Notes under the pieces: model-generated
What the model was told of the DNA's origin: nothing
Seen by the model: the letters and a program-made list of their open reading frames with translations, nothing else
Database searches by the model: none
Part shown: positions 47,308-55,983 of the stretch, piece after piece
Position numbering within the stretch: position 1 is the first letter of the stretch
How the letters are laid out: each line of letters starts with the position of its first letter
Origin: Clostridia bacterium DTU065
Lineage (GTDB): Bacteria; Bacillota; DTU065
DNA: 64,000 bases
Assembly (NCBI GenBank): GCA_001512545.1
Contig: LFSI01000084.1
Span: 42,522-106,521 of the forward strand
Direction of reading: 5' to 3'
Position numbers and translations under genes: made by a program

Positions 47308-47357
47308 GGCTGCTGCACAACTTGCTTGGGTGGCTAAATGTGCAACAGCCCTTTTGT
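47308..47357. repeat. Hairpin/terminator element, copy B (GGCTGCTGCACAA...ATGTGCAACAGCC-CTTTTGT)
   Basis: It matches the 44833-44877 element at 12 of 13 left-arm positions and 11 of 13 right-arm positions, with the same CCCTTT tail. The loops differ (8 versus 17 nt). It is T-rich on both strands. Confidence 0.5.
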
Positions 47358-47365
47358 AGTATATT

Positions 47366-47848
47366 TCACTGATCTTGTTTATTTACTTTGTAGATCAGCT
47401 GGATGTAATCACCAGGAAGAGTGTTCTTAGCAACAACCTCAATATCTCCCCCGTACGTCAAAGATGAAAGAGCTCTCAGGTCCTGGACTTCATCTGTCAG
47501 CTCTTTCATCTTTGCCCTGATACTAGCGACTTTAGTTACAAGATCAGCACCGGAGCCAAAAGCAAACTTATCGGTGCTTTTTGGTATATCTACCGAATAG
47601 GGTCCTTTCAAAACGTAAGTGTTGGCTATTCTGCGGCTCTCGGCTGGAATTCTTTCGATGAAACCCTGTTCAGTCAACACTTCAACTGCTTTAAACACGG
47701 CTCCTTTAGAAAGACCGCAAATCTCGGCCAGCTCGTCGTACTTGACCTGCAGCCGATCACTTCCTGTTTCCATGCACTTAAGAATGAATGCTCTTTTGAA
47801 CTGCTCTAGCGTTTGCTGCGATACGTTCTTGACCCATTCCTTAGACAC
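47366..47848 (-). CDS. Winged-helix DNA-binding protein (RepL/MarR-like HTH), function unknown
   Basis: 160 aa from a GTG start. FILKCMETGSDRLQVKYDELAEICGLSKGAVFKAVEVLTEQGFIERI is a wHTH. An AT-rich upstream region carries the GGTATCaaGATACC palindrome. Confidence 0.45.
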   Translation of the reverse strand: MSKEWVKNVSQQTLEQFKRAFILKCMETGSDRLQVKYDELAEICGLSKGAVFKAVEVLTEQGFIERIPAESRRIANTYVLKGPYSVDIPKSTDKFAFGSGADLVTKVASIRAKMKELTDEVQDLRALSSLTYGGDIEVVAKNTLPGDYIQLIYKVNKQDQ

Positions 47849-48074
47849 TTCAGTTCCCCATTCACCTCCTGGAAATAATCGGTATCAAGATACCAGCCTC
47901 AAGTCCTATTATAGCACATTTGTGCCTAAAAAACAGCCAATATACTCAAATTGATTACTATTTATTATTACATTATACAATTATCCAGAAGGTTATTTGG
48001 TTCAATTCAGGCATTAAAAACTTGTTGATCCATTGCGAAAAGCAGCTCACAGGCCATTGTCCCCAAGCTTGTTT

Positions 48075-50102
48075 TCACTGCTGAAACTTCCCAGGAAATA
48101 ATTTTGCAAGTGCGGCTCTGATCTCGGCCTCTGAGTTAATCCTCTCGCTGCAGGTTCCCCCCTTGCAAAGATAGAGGGCAAGCTCGCCTGCAGGTTTCCC
48201 CGCTTCAATGCCAAACTCAGGACAGGTGCCATCTGCAAACCAGAACAGAATGCCTGCAAGATAGTTCTGTTGGATTTCGGATCTGATCTGGGCCAAAAAC
48301 CCTGCGTCCTTCTCTCCTCCTGTTAGCACCACTTCCCAGCTTTCGCCCAGGTACCAGCTCGTAACAAGAACCAGAAGCGGTGCACCTTCAGGGTCGCTTT
48401 TGAGCACTCCTGCAAGGCCGCGCAGGGTCTGCTCCAACCTTCTCCGCAGTTCGAGGTCGCCGGTCACCTGAAAGAGCCTAAACAGCACTAAGGACATCAC
48501 CGAGTTGCCCTGGGGAATAGCTCCGTCGAACACCTCTTTTGGCCGTGTGGGAAGGATTGTATCTGCGGCGATCTTGTAGTAACCTCCTGCTTCTTCGTCG
48601 TAAAAGAGCCGGTTGGCTCTATTCACCAGGTTCAGCGCAATCTCCAACGCCTCTTTCCTTTCCCTACCCTCTTTCATGACACCGTACTCAAAAAAGCCCC
48701 AAGCAAGATAAGCATAGTCGTCGAGGTGACCTTTGGATATAACCTTGCCCCCTATCAACGCTCCCGGAAGTTCTTCCGAAGCGGCAATCCCTCGAAGGTA
48801 GCGATACAGAGCATCTGCAGCGTTCTGGATCCTTTCATCAAGAAAAGCAGCCTTGGCCAATCCTGCAAGGAGTAAACCGTTGGCAAACACGAGAATCTTT
48901 TTGTCGGTGAAAGGAGCGGTTCTGGTTTTCCCGCGGTACCTTTTCAGCTTACTTTGGATCTGTTCGAGCTCTTCCCGGTCCTTCCCTGATACAAGGTCCC
49001 AAAAAGCTTTTGAGCTTTTTGGGAAAAGATGGATTTTTCCCTCGAAGTTTCCATCTGCAGAGATTTCGTAGTACTTGGCCAGAAGACGAAGCTCGGCTGG
49101 AGTGAGAACCTCTTCTAGTTCTCCGACGGTGTAAAGATAGAAAGCTCCTTCCTTAGTCCCTGCGTCTTGAGCTGTAAAATATCCTCCATCTTCTCCTTTG
49201 AGATTGGCCTCTAAGTACTCAAAAACTTGAATGGCCTTGTGTTTAAAGTATCGGTCCTTGGTAAAGCGGTAGAACTCTCCCAGAGTATAGAGTAAAAAGG
49301 CGTTGTCGTAGAGCATCTTTTCGAAGTGAGGAACTTTGAACTGGGCATCAGTAGAGTATCTGAACATACCCCCTCCCACTTGATCGAAAGTGCCCTTGCC
49401 AAGAAGGCTCTTTAGGGTGTGCATGGCGATGTGCAGCGTTTTGTGATCGCTGCTGTCTGCGGCAGCATCCAGAAGCAAAAGAAGATTCTGCAGTTGAGGA
49501 AACTTTGGTGCAGGCAAAAACCCTCCGTGCTCAGGATCGTACTCTTCCTTCAGGTTTTCCACAGCCTTCAACGCAGCCTCTACCACGAACTCTCCCAAAG
49601 CACCTCCAGCCTCCGGTAAGTTTTCAATGCTCCGCTGTGCAGCTTCATCAATAATACTCCGGTCGTTCTCCCAGAACTCGACGATTTTTTGGAGCACATC
49701 GATCAGGCCAATCCGGCGCAATGTAGCCTTTTTCGGGAAGTAAGTCCCCGCATAAAACGGCAGCAGGTCCGGAGTGAGAAACACCGTCAGCGGCCATCCT
49801 CCCATACCAGTAGTTCTTACGCAGTAGTCCATGTACACAGCATCTACGTCTGGGTGCTGCTCTCGATCTACTTTAACAGCTACGAAATGCTCGTTGAGGA
49901 TCTCTGCCACTTCCTCATCTTGGAAGGACTCGTCGTTCATAACGTGGCACCAGTGGCACGTGGAGTAGCCGATGGAAAGAAATATTGGACGGTCCAGCGC
50001 TTTAGCCCGTGCAAAGGCCTCCTCGCCCCACGGATACCAGTCTATGGGGTTTTCTCCGTGGAGCTGCAGGTACGGTGAAGGTTCGCGTTTTAGCCGATTC
50101 AT
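48075..50102 (-). CDS. Thioredoxin-domain protein of the DUF255/YyaL family (N-terminal Trx fold plus six-hairpin glycosidase-like domain)
   Basis: [55 protein letters not shown] is the classic DUF255 start, including CHWC. 675 aa. Confidence 0.8.
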   Translation of the reverse strand: MNRLKREPSPYLQLHGENPIDWYPWGEEAFARAKALDRPIFLSIGYSTCHWCHVMNDESFQDEEVAEILNEHFVAVKVDREQHPDVDAVYMDYCVRTTGMGGWPLTVFLTPDLLPFYAGTYFPKKATLRRIGLIDVLQKIVEFWENDRSIIDEAAQRSIENLPEAGGALGEFVVEAALKAVENLKEEYDPEHGGFLPAPKFPQLQNLLLLLDAAADSSDHKTLHIAMHTLKSLLGKGTFDQVGGGMFRYSTDAQFKVPHFEKMLYDNAFLLYTLGEFYRFTKDRYFKHKAIQVFEYLEANLKGEDGGYFTAQDAGTKEGAFYLYTVGELEEVLTPAELRLLAKYYEISADGNFEGKIHLFPKSSKAFWDLVSGKDREELEQIQSKLKRYRGKTRTAPFTDKKILVFANGLLLAGLAKAAFLDERIQNAADALYRYLRGIAASEELPGALIGGKVISKGHLDDYAYLAWGFFEYGVMKEGRERKEALEIALNLVNRANRLFYDEEAGGYYKIAADTILPTRPKEVFDGAIPQGNSVMSLVLFRLFQVTGDLELRRRLEQTLRGLAGVLKSDPEGAPLLVLVTSWYLGESWEVVLTGGEKDAGFLAQIRSEIQQNYLAGILFWFADGTCPEFGIEAGKPAGELALYLCKGGTCSERINSEAEIRAALAKLFPGKFQQ

Positions 50103-50423
50103 AGCTATCCCCCATCTGTTTTGACATCTCTTATGGTGTAATTATAAGATACCCAACTGCACAGTTTCCATGGCTCTGTTTTGGAGAAAAGGGGCGAAGT
50201 ACATACACACTGCAAGCGATCCCCACCGCTCTCTTAGAATGCCTGCAATCTCAAACTCCGAGTCTCCGCATGTCCGGATAACACAGACTAAAAAAGAGCA
50301 CGTTTGCAACACTAAGCACCACTGGTGATTTGTAAGGGTCATTACTACTCCATATCTCGAGGCTGGAATTTACCTTCCAACTAACTAAACCCTTCGGAAA
50401 GTTAATTCCGAACAAACTTTCCC

Positions 50424-50452
50424 TTGTATTGCCTATGATTTCCTGGCATAAT
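50424..50452 (+). promoter_or_regulatory. Sigma-A-type promoter (TTGTAT-n17-CATAAT) driving the leader, attenuator and 97-aa gene
   Basis: Hexamers at 50424-50429 and 50447-50452 are separated by 17 bp. Confidence 0.4.
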
Positions 50453-50509
50453 GATTGTAACACCAACAATATCGATCTTCCCGCTAAAAAAATGAGAGGA
50501 GGTGCGCCA

Positions 50510-50602
50510 ATGCTGAGGGAATCGGTTTCACTAAACTTTTTCGGCTATCGTTGTGACTACATGCCAAATAAGGTCTTGGCGTTGGCTCGCATCTTTACGT
50601 AG
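50510..50602 (+). CDS. Putative 30-aa leader peptide (MLRESVSLNFFGYRCDYMPNKVLALARIFT)
   Basis: Strong SD GAGAGGAGGTG at 50494-50504, 5 nt before the ATG. The ORF ends inside the 5' arm of the antiterminator. Confidence 0.35.
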   Translation: MLRESVSLNFFGYRCDYMPNKVLALARIFT

Positions 50603-50663
50603 AGCATCTTTTTGCATGCACTGAATTGAGCCAACGCTCTGGAAAGGGGACGTTGGTTTTTTT
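50578..50663 (+). promoter_or_regulatory. Attenuator: mutually exclusive antiterminator (50578-50588 pairs with 50628-50638) and terminator (50631-50663) hairpins
   Basis: GGCGTTGGCTC can pair with GAGCCAACGCt. The 3' arm of that pairing is the 5' arm of the CCAACGCTC-TGGAAAGG-GGACGTTGG-T7 terminator. The downstream SD (AAAGGGGA) lies inside the terminator, and the T-run abuts the ATG at 50664. Confidence 0.45.
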
Positions 50664-50957
50664 ATGTACACCAATGCAGAAGAGATACTCCCTCGCGATC
50701 TGATCGAGCAGATTCAGCAGTACATTCAGGGACAAGAAATCTACATTCCCAAATGCGACGAAAAGAAGCTGGGCTGGGGTGAAAGAAACGGTGCCAAGGC
50801 GCTGATTCGGGAACGCAACCGAACCATCTGCAGGAAATATGAATGCGGAGCTTCCATCGACGAGCTGATGGCTGAGTTCCATCTGAGCTACGACAGCATC
50901 CGCAAGATCGTTAGGGGAAGCAGGAAAAAACAACTCAGAAGCAAGAAAGGCATCTAA
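50664..50957 (+). CDS. Small putative transcriptional regulator (Mor / CD3324-like family, tentative)
   Basis: 97 aa. ILPRDLIEQIQQYIQGQEIYIPK...RNRTICRKYECGASIDELMAEFHLSYDSIRKIV resembles the small Mor-like activator pattern as I recall it. Confidence 0.45.
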   Translation: MYTNAEEILPRDLIEQIQQYIQGQEIYIPKCDEKKLGWGERNGAKALIRERNRTICRKYECGASIDELMAEFHLSYDSIRKIVRGSRKKQLRSKKGI

Positions 50958-51124
50958 CTTCGATGCCTTTTTTTATATAATCAAATCGGGAACCGGCCAA
51001 ATCATCCCAATAAGGGAGGTGGTTGAATTGATCAACCAGAGGTGGCTGAGAGTCTAACTCTCGGTGACAAACCGGCAGACCTGGCATGGAGGTCTGCCGG
51101 CTTTTTTTGCCCCTTTTAAATATG

Positions 51125-52471
51125 TCATTGGGAGATCTCCGAACCTGCTTCGAGATTTTTAACCTGAAGTTTGATGTCGTCAACTTCCTTTTTGCCAAGA
51201 GGATACAACAGGAAAACAAGGAACGAACAGGCCAACGCAATCACCGGAACTACAACCAACGCGATTTTCAAACCGGTTATAGCAGATGGCACCTGCTGCA
51301 GGCTGTCTGCCACATACCCCGATCGGTCGAGAATGTAGCCAAGGAGAGGTCCTTGCAGGGAGATGCCAAGGCGGATGATCAGGGCATTCATGCCGTAGTA
51401 CATACCTTCTCTTCTCTTTTTGGTCTTGAGATAATCCAGATCAATCACATCGGCAATGAGGACGTCGATAAGGATCATCAAGCCGGCAAGCCCAATGCCG
51501 TTAGTTGCAGCAATTAGCAGTCCGTGAACAAAGCTTTTGGCAAAAAAGTAGGGAACGAGGCTCAAGGCAAAGATCACGATGCAGACGAGAACGGTCCACT
51601 TTGCACCTTTCTTGGTGGAGATCCTGCTCCAGCCAAAGACAAAAAACAGGGAACTGATGAAAACCGTTCCGAGGATTAACGTCTGCTGGAGACCTTCGGA
51701 TCCGAGTACGTATTTAACATAAAATGGCAGTACCGCTTGCATAAAGACAAAGGTGAACTGCAGGAAAAACGAAGCAAGAACGTAGAGCACGAACGCTTTG
51801 TTCTTGAAAGTCTCCTGTAAAGACTCCCTCAGCGGCAGAGCAGGTGCAGGCTCTGCGTCTTGAGTCTGCAAAGACTCGATGCCTAAAACGCTGAGCCAGA
51901 TAAAAATCCCCGCAACAACTGCAAAGATGATGCCGGTGAGAGACCAGCCCATAAGCGCTGCAAGAAGAGGAGGCGCAGCATACCCCACGATGTTACCAAC
52001 GATCCCAAAGACCTGACGCTTTGCGGACACGCTGTTACGTTCGCTACTTGTTCTAAACGCCTCGGGATACAAAGCGGTGTAGTTCAAAAATACGAGCGTA
52101 TAGAGACCGTCGAACAGGAACAGCGCAAGAATGAAGTAGATCGAAAGAATCAGAGTGCTTCCGCCAAAAGAACTAGTCCCCGGTAGCCACAAGAGGGCAA
52201 ATGCTACTATAAAAGGCAGAATCCCATACTTTACGAAAGGAACTCTAGTTTGATGCTTGCTCTTGTAGATGTCCGAAACCTGCCCTAGAAGCGGATCATT
52301 TATGGCATTGTAGATTCCGTAAAACAGCATCACCTGTCCAACAAAGATCGGAGACAACTTCAGGTAGTCGATGTAGAAAAAGTTAATAAAACCGGAAAAC
52401 GTCGCCATCACCAGTGCACTTGCAAGCTGTCCGGCACTGTAAAGCCATTCAGCACGACTTTTAACAGCCAT
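51125..52471 (-). CDS. MFS transporter, glycoside-pentoside-hexuronide (GPH):cation symporter family
   Basis: 448 aa with 12 TM helices. The N-terminal FFYIDYLKLSPIFVGQVMLFYGIYNAINDPLLGQVSD block is GPH-like. Confidence 0.8.
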   Translation of the reverse strand: MAVKSRAEWLYSAGQLASALVMATFSGFINFFYIDYLKLSPIFVGQVMLFYGIYNAINDPLLGQVSDIYKSKHQTRVPFVKYGILPFIVAFALLWLPGTSSFGGSTLILSIYFILALFLFDGLYTLVFLNYTALYPEAFRTSSERNSVSAKRQVFGIVGNIVGYAAPPLLAALMGWSLTGIIFAVVAGIFIWLSVLGIESLQTQDAEPAPALPLRESLQETFKNKAFVLYVLASFFLQFTFVFMQAVLPFYVKYVLGSEGLQQTLILGTVFISSLFFVFGWSRISTKKGAKWTVLVCIVIFALSLVPYFFAKSFVHGLLIAATNGIGLAGLMILIDVLIADVIDLDYLKTKKRREGMYYGMNALIIRLGISLQGPLLGYILDRSGYVADSLQQVPSAITGLKIALVVVPVIALACSFLVFLLYPLGKKEVDDIKLQVKNLEAGSEISQ

Positions 52472-52579
52472 CTCTACATCCTCCGTTTTTGCTGTTATTA
52501 TTCTTCACTGTGGAAGAATTCACCTTGTATTTTGTATTAAACCAGAGGAGATGAGCAAAATAGTGGTGAGGTGAAGCGC

Positions 52580-52735
52580 ATGGACAAAAAGGATCCGAGA
52601 AACCTGCAGAACAAACGGAACCAAAACGCGGTTCAAAACCGAAATCAAAACGACAGAAACAACAAGCGCCAGGACCGCGCTAAAGACGATCTGCAAAACA
52701 AAAAAGACGAAGACCAGGACGAAAACAGGTGGTAA
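52580..52735 (+). CDS. Putative 51-aa hydrophilic protein rich in Asn/Gln/Lys/Asp (minor-SASP-like composition)
   Basis: MDKKDPRNLQNKRNQNAVQNRNQNDRNNKRQDRAKDDLQNKKDEDQDENRW. The SD GGTGAGGTGA sits 4 nt upstream, and a clean terminator follows at 52741-52775. It is too short for the ORF track. Confidence 0.35.
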   Translation: MDKKDPRNLQNKRNQNAVQNRNQNDRNNKRQDRAKDDLQNKKDEDQDENRW

Positions 52736-52740
52736 AAACA

Positions 52741-52775
52741 ACGGAGGATTACTATCCTCCGTTTTCTTTGTCTTC
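52741..52775 (+). terminator. Terminator after the 51-aa ORF
   Basis: ACGGAGGAT-TACT-ATCCTCCGT hairpin followed by TTTTCTTTGTC. Confidence 0.55.
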
Positions 52776-53926
52776 TATTTTGTAAAGCTGACTATAGAGA
52801 CGATAATTGCAACCAGCGAGAGACCAAACCCGGCCCACCAGAAGTTACGTCCTTTCTCCAGAGCAAGAAGCCTTGCATCACTGCTCTCGGTGACGCTGGC
52901 AAGCTGAGCTTCCAGCTTGTCTAGCCTGTTCTCGATAGTTCTCTCTCTGACAAAACCAGTGCTGATATTGGTGAGAAGCTCGTCTCTGAGCTGTATCTCT
53001 AAAGCGGCTATCTGTTGCTTTGCCTGTTCAAGTTGCTTTTCAAGTCCGGCAATTCTCACAACCTCGTCTTCTAAGGTCTGAAGTTCATTCCTCAAGCTTG
53101 CAAGCTCCTGCTGCAGCTCCTGGATCTTTTGCGACGACTCAGTGGAGATGGACTCGGATTTTTTCACAAGCTCGTCGATGTTTTGACCGCTCATGGCCAG
53201 CGAGGTTTTCAAAGCGTTGACCTCTTCTTCAAGCCGCTTTGTTGCTTCGTCCAGATCAAGCCTGAGTGCTACCAGCTCGCTGGTCATCTCGGACTTAAGA
53301 TTTTCCTGCTCTTTGAGGGTCTCGTTAGACGACATCTGAATAGCCTTAGTGATAGCCAGTTCTACAGCTTCGCTGGATGCCTTGTCATCGCTCAAAGTGG
53401 TCAGCATAGTAGTTACATCTGCAATCTGCCGCTCTAGCGCTAACTTAATGTCGTTCATCGACTTGAAAACGGCTTCGATTTGCTTGGCGATCTCCGGCTT
53501 AAAGCTGTTGTAGTCGATCTGGAGCCTGGTGATCTCGTCTTTAGTAACGATGATGGTCTTTTCCAATTCGCTGATCTTGTTTTTGGCTTCGTTGAACTCC
53601 AAGACAAACTGGCTCAGTTCTTTGTGGAACTCCTGGTACAGCTTGGTGAGAGTGGTGATGTCTTCAGGCGATGTAGCAACTTTCCCCGTCTGAACCTCCC
53701 GCAGGATGCGAGCGACAATGCTAGCTAACGTGTAGCGGTCTACAGGTTCGCCGCCCCTGAAAGTGTTGTCGGGATACGCTGACAGGTAGCCTTTATCTAA
53801 CAGTTCTATTACACTCTGATAAGCCCAGTGAGTTGACGGGACATCTGTCACTGTAGCAGCTAAAGCAGAAATCGCTAACGTAAAAGCGACCAAAAGGGTG
53901 AGAATTCTTTTGGGAAGCAGCTTCAT
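52775..53926 (-). CDS. SLH-domain protein with a long coiled coil and C-terminal membrane anchor (Omp-alpha-like architecture)
   Basis: Signal peptide, then the SLH module THWAYQSVIELLDKGYLSAYPDNTFRGGEPVDRYTLASIVARIL. A heptad-rich rod of about 270 aa follows. The hydrophobic C-terminus is FWWAGFGLSLVAIIVSIVSF. Confidence 0.65.
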   Translation of the reverse strand: MKLLPKRILTLLVAFTLAISALAATVTDVPSTHWAYQSVIELLDKGYLSAYPDNTFRGGEPVDRYTLASIVARILREVQTGKVATSPEDITTLTKLYQEFHKELSQFVLEFNEAKNKISELEKTIIVTKDEITRLQIDYNSFKPEIAKQIEAVFKSMNDIKLALERQIADVTTMLTTLSDDKASSEAVELAITKAIQMSSNETLKEQENLKSEMTSELVALRLDLDEATKRLEEEVNALKTSLAMSGQNIDELVKKSESISTESSQKIQELQQELASLRNELQTLEDEVVRIAGLEKQLEQAKQQIAALEIQLRDELLTNISTGFVRERTIENRLDKLEAQLASVTESSDARLLALEKGRNFWWAGFGLSLVAIIVSIVSFTK

Positions 53927-53953
53927 GCTCTTAACCTCCTTTGGAACATAGTC

Positions 53954-55969
53954 TTATTGATACTCAATCTCGAGGTTCTCCGTCGTATAGGTTCCCGGCG
54001 GATTAACTGAGGACTGATCAATGGAAATCGTAGTATTGACATAGTCGAGAATGCTGAACTTAAGCTGCGCAAGTGAAGTCACGATGGAACCTCTATCCAC
54101 TACTTGCCCTTCGATCTCGATCACACCTAAACGGTTGGCTTCGTAGATATCCGTTACCGAGAAAGCTCCTTTGGGCATCTCGGGATGAACCATGTCCGTA
54201 CCCAAAGCCCAGCCTTCAAACCTCAGTACCTTAGGATCAAACCTGATCCGCATGGTAAACGTTCTTAAGGCCGGCATGTTTGTTGACAGAACGTCAACAA
54301 AGAGCACGTTGACATCACCTATTCTTTTCACAGCATTGGCAGCAAGTTTCAGCTTCGGCCTTACCTGAGGCACCTGTACCGCTAGAGTTATATCTGCCGG
54401 TTTTTCGGCATTTGTTGATTCCGCTGCCAAAACCACGTTTATTGTTCCAAAAGGATAGGTCAGCATGTTGTTAGGTGTGGTGTCAACTCGCCAAACCACT
54501 TCCTTCGCTTCTCCAGGAGCAAGGGAGCCGACAAAGTAGTTGGCATAGAAGTCGGGATTTGCTCCAGCAACTACTTTAAAGGCCGACGTGGACACCCTGA
54601 GATTGACGTTATGAGCAGTTGAGTCGCCGTCGTTTCTTACGGTGCCTGTTACTTCAAAGATAGAAGGATAAAGCTTTTCTTCGTAGATTCCCAGGTTTCT
54701 CGGCCCGCTCAAACTGAGGTTGAGCCTTGCTGGCTTGCTGACATCAACATCCCTAGAAACTGACAGAGGATCTACGTCAACTGCTTCCACATTCATGGTT
54801 ATCTTCAAACTGCCAAAAGCTTCACCTGTAGGTACGACCTTCCAGACCACCTGGCGGGACTCTCCAGGAGCCATCCTGCCCAGGAACCTTTCAGGTTCAT
54901 TGATGTGCTTCAAGCCTTTAGGCAGCTGCAGCTCGGCTATTACTTCGTGTGCAAGACCATCACCGGTGTTCTGGATGTAGCCTATTACGTCAAACGGCAC
55001 CGGGTTAACCGCCATTTCCACTTTGTTGACCGTGCTAAGGCCGATGGAGAGGTAACCCTGAGCAACGGTGATGCCGCCTAGACCGTAATGGGTGATGTAG
55101 TGCCTCGACTCGCCTGGCGCTAGCGGAGTTGGATCCCAGTACAGTGCCATGGCACTGTCGAGGTCGAACTCACCGATGCGGGTAAAGTCGCGACCCGGCT
55201 GGAAGTTAAAATCCCACACACCGTCTGCCACACTACCCCAGTTGGTAAAGTATACTCTACTGGGCTTTGTGACCTCAGGTCCAGCAAGGTTAGCTTGAGC
55301 CATAACTGCAGGCCTGATCAGGTCGTCGAAAGCCTGTATAAACGAAGGGATATCGTCACCTGAGAACATGGTATCGCCAACAACTGCCATATCCCGCACT
55401 CTAAAGGGGGCACCGTCGTTGTTGCCAAGCATGGTGTCTAGAACCACGCGGAGACCCACATTCTTTGGCGACGTACCTTGGTTCGTCACCACGTAACTGA
55501 TGGCCGCAGTGTCGGGCTGACCTGTTGTGGTTGATGTAGTGATTGAAAGAATCTGTTCAACCAAAATGTCGCCGTACCTGTAGGCCGTATATATTCCATC
55601 ATCTCTGTGCACTGGGGCCGTGACCAGCGTGCCGTATTCACCGCTGAATCCCGCCCTCTTAGTGGTTTTTCCTCCGAAAACGTAGTCAAGACCACCGATA
55701 CGGATGGTGCTGTATGATGTAACCGGTTTGCCCAAACCGTAGATCAGGAAGTTATCGTCATCATCGATTCTTTCCGGATCGCCACCGGTTGTCAGAACTG
55801 CAAATCGGCCCGTGCCATCGTCGCTGGCGTTGACCGCAATTTCAATGAAATCATTACTTACTTTGAGTACCCCGTCACCTTGACCGAAGGCAAGAGGTTT
55901 TTCATCTGCAAAAGCCTGTGGTAGAACAATGAGGATCAGACATAGCAAGATTGCGATTGATTTTTCCAC
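53954..55969 (-). CDS. Large secreted protein with repeated CARDB/DUF11-like beta-sandwich modules
   Basis: Signal peptide MEKSIAILLCLILIVLPQAFA. Repeated blocks of the form PGESRQVVWKVVP / PGEAKEVVWRVDT are present. 671 aa. Confidence 0.45.
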   Translation of the reverse strand: MEKSIAILLCLILIVLPQAFADEKPLAFGQGDGVLKVSNDFIEIAVNASDDGTGRFAVLTTGGDPERIDDDDNFLIYGLGKPVTSYSTIRIGGLDYVFGGKTTKRAGFSGEYGTLVTAPVHRDDGIYTAYRYGDILVEQILSITTSTTTGQPDTAAISYVVTNQGTSPKNVGLRVVLDTMLGNNDGAPFRVRDMAVVGDTMFSGDDIPSFIQAFDDLIRPAVMAQANLAGPEVTKPSRVYFTNWGSVADGVWDFNFQPGRDFTRIGEFDLDSAMALYWDPTPLAPGESRHYITHYGLGGITVAQGYLSIGLSTVNKVEMAVNPVPFDVIGYIQNTGDGLAHEVIAELQLPKGLKHINEPERFLGRMAPGESRQVVWKVVPTGEAFGSLKITMNVEAVDVDPLSVSRDVDVSKPARLNLSLSGPRNLGIYEEKLYPSIFEVTGTVRNDGDSTAHNVNLRVSTSAFKVVAGANPDFYANYFVGSLAPGEAKEVVWRVDTTPNNMLTYPFGTINVVLAAESTNAEKPADITLAVQVPQVRPKLKLAANAVKRIGDVNVLFVDVLSTNMPALRTFTMRIRFDPKVLRFEGWALGTDMVHPEMPKGAFSVTDIYEANRLGVIEIEGQVVDRGSIVTSLAQLKFSILDYVNTTISIDQSSVNPPGTYTTENLEIEYQ

Positions 55970-55983
55970 ATCTCTTACCTCCT

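Noticed and set aside
50142-50469. Two short minus-strand ORFs (66 and 72 aa) in the 560-bp region between the DUF255 gene and the attenuator
   Set aside because: There are no RBSs or conserved features. The region is better explained as a promoter or leader, and it contains a plausible sigma-A promoter on the plus strand.
52520-52741. 73-aa hydrophobic minus-strand ORF
   Set aside because: It is the reverse complement of an A-rich stretch. The plus strand carries an SD-initiated, terminator-ended small ORF instead.
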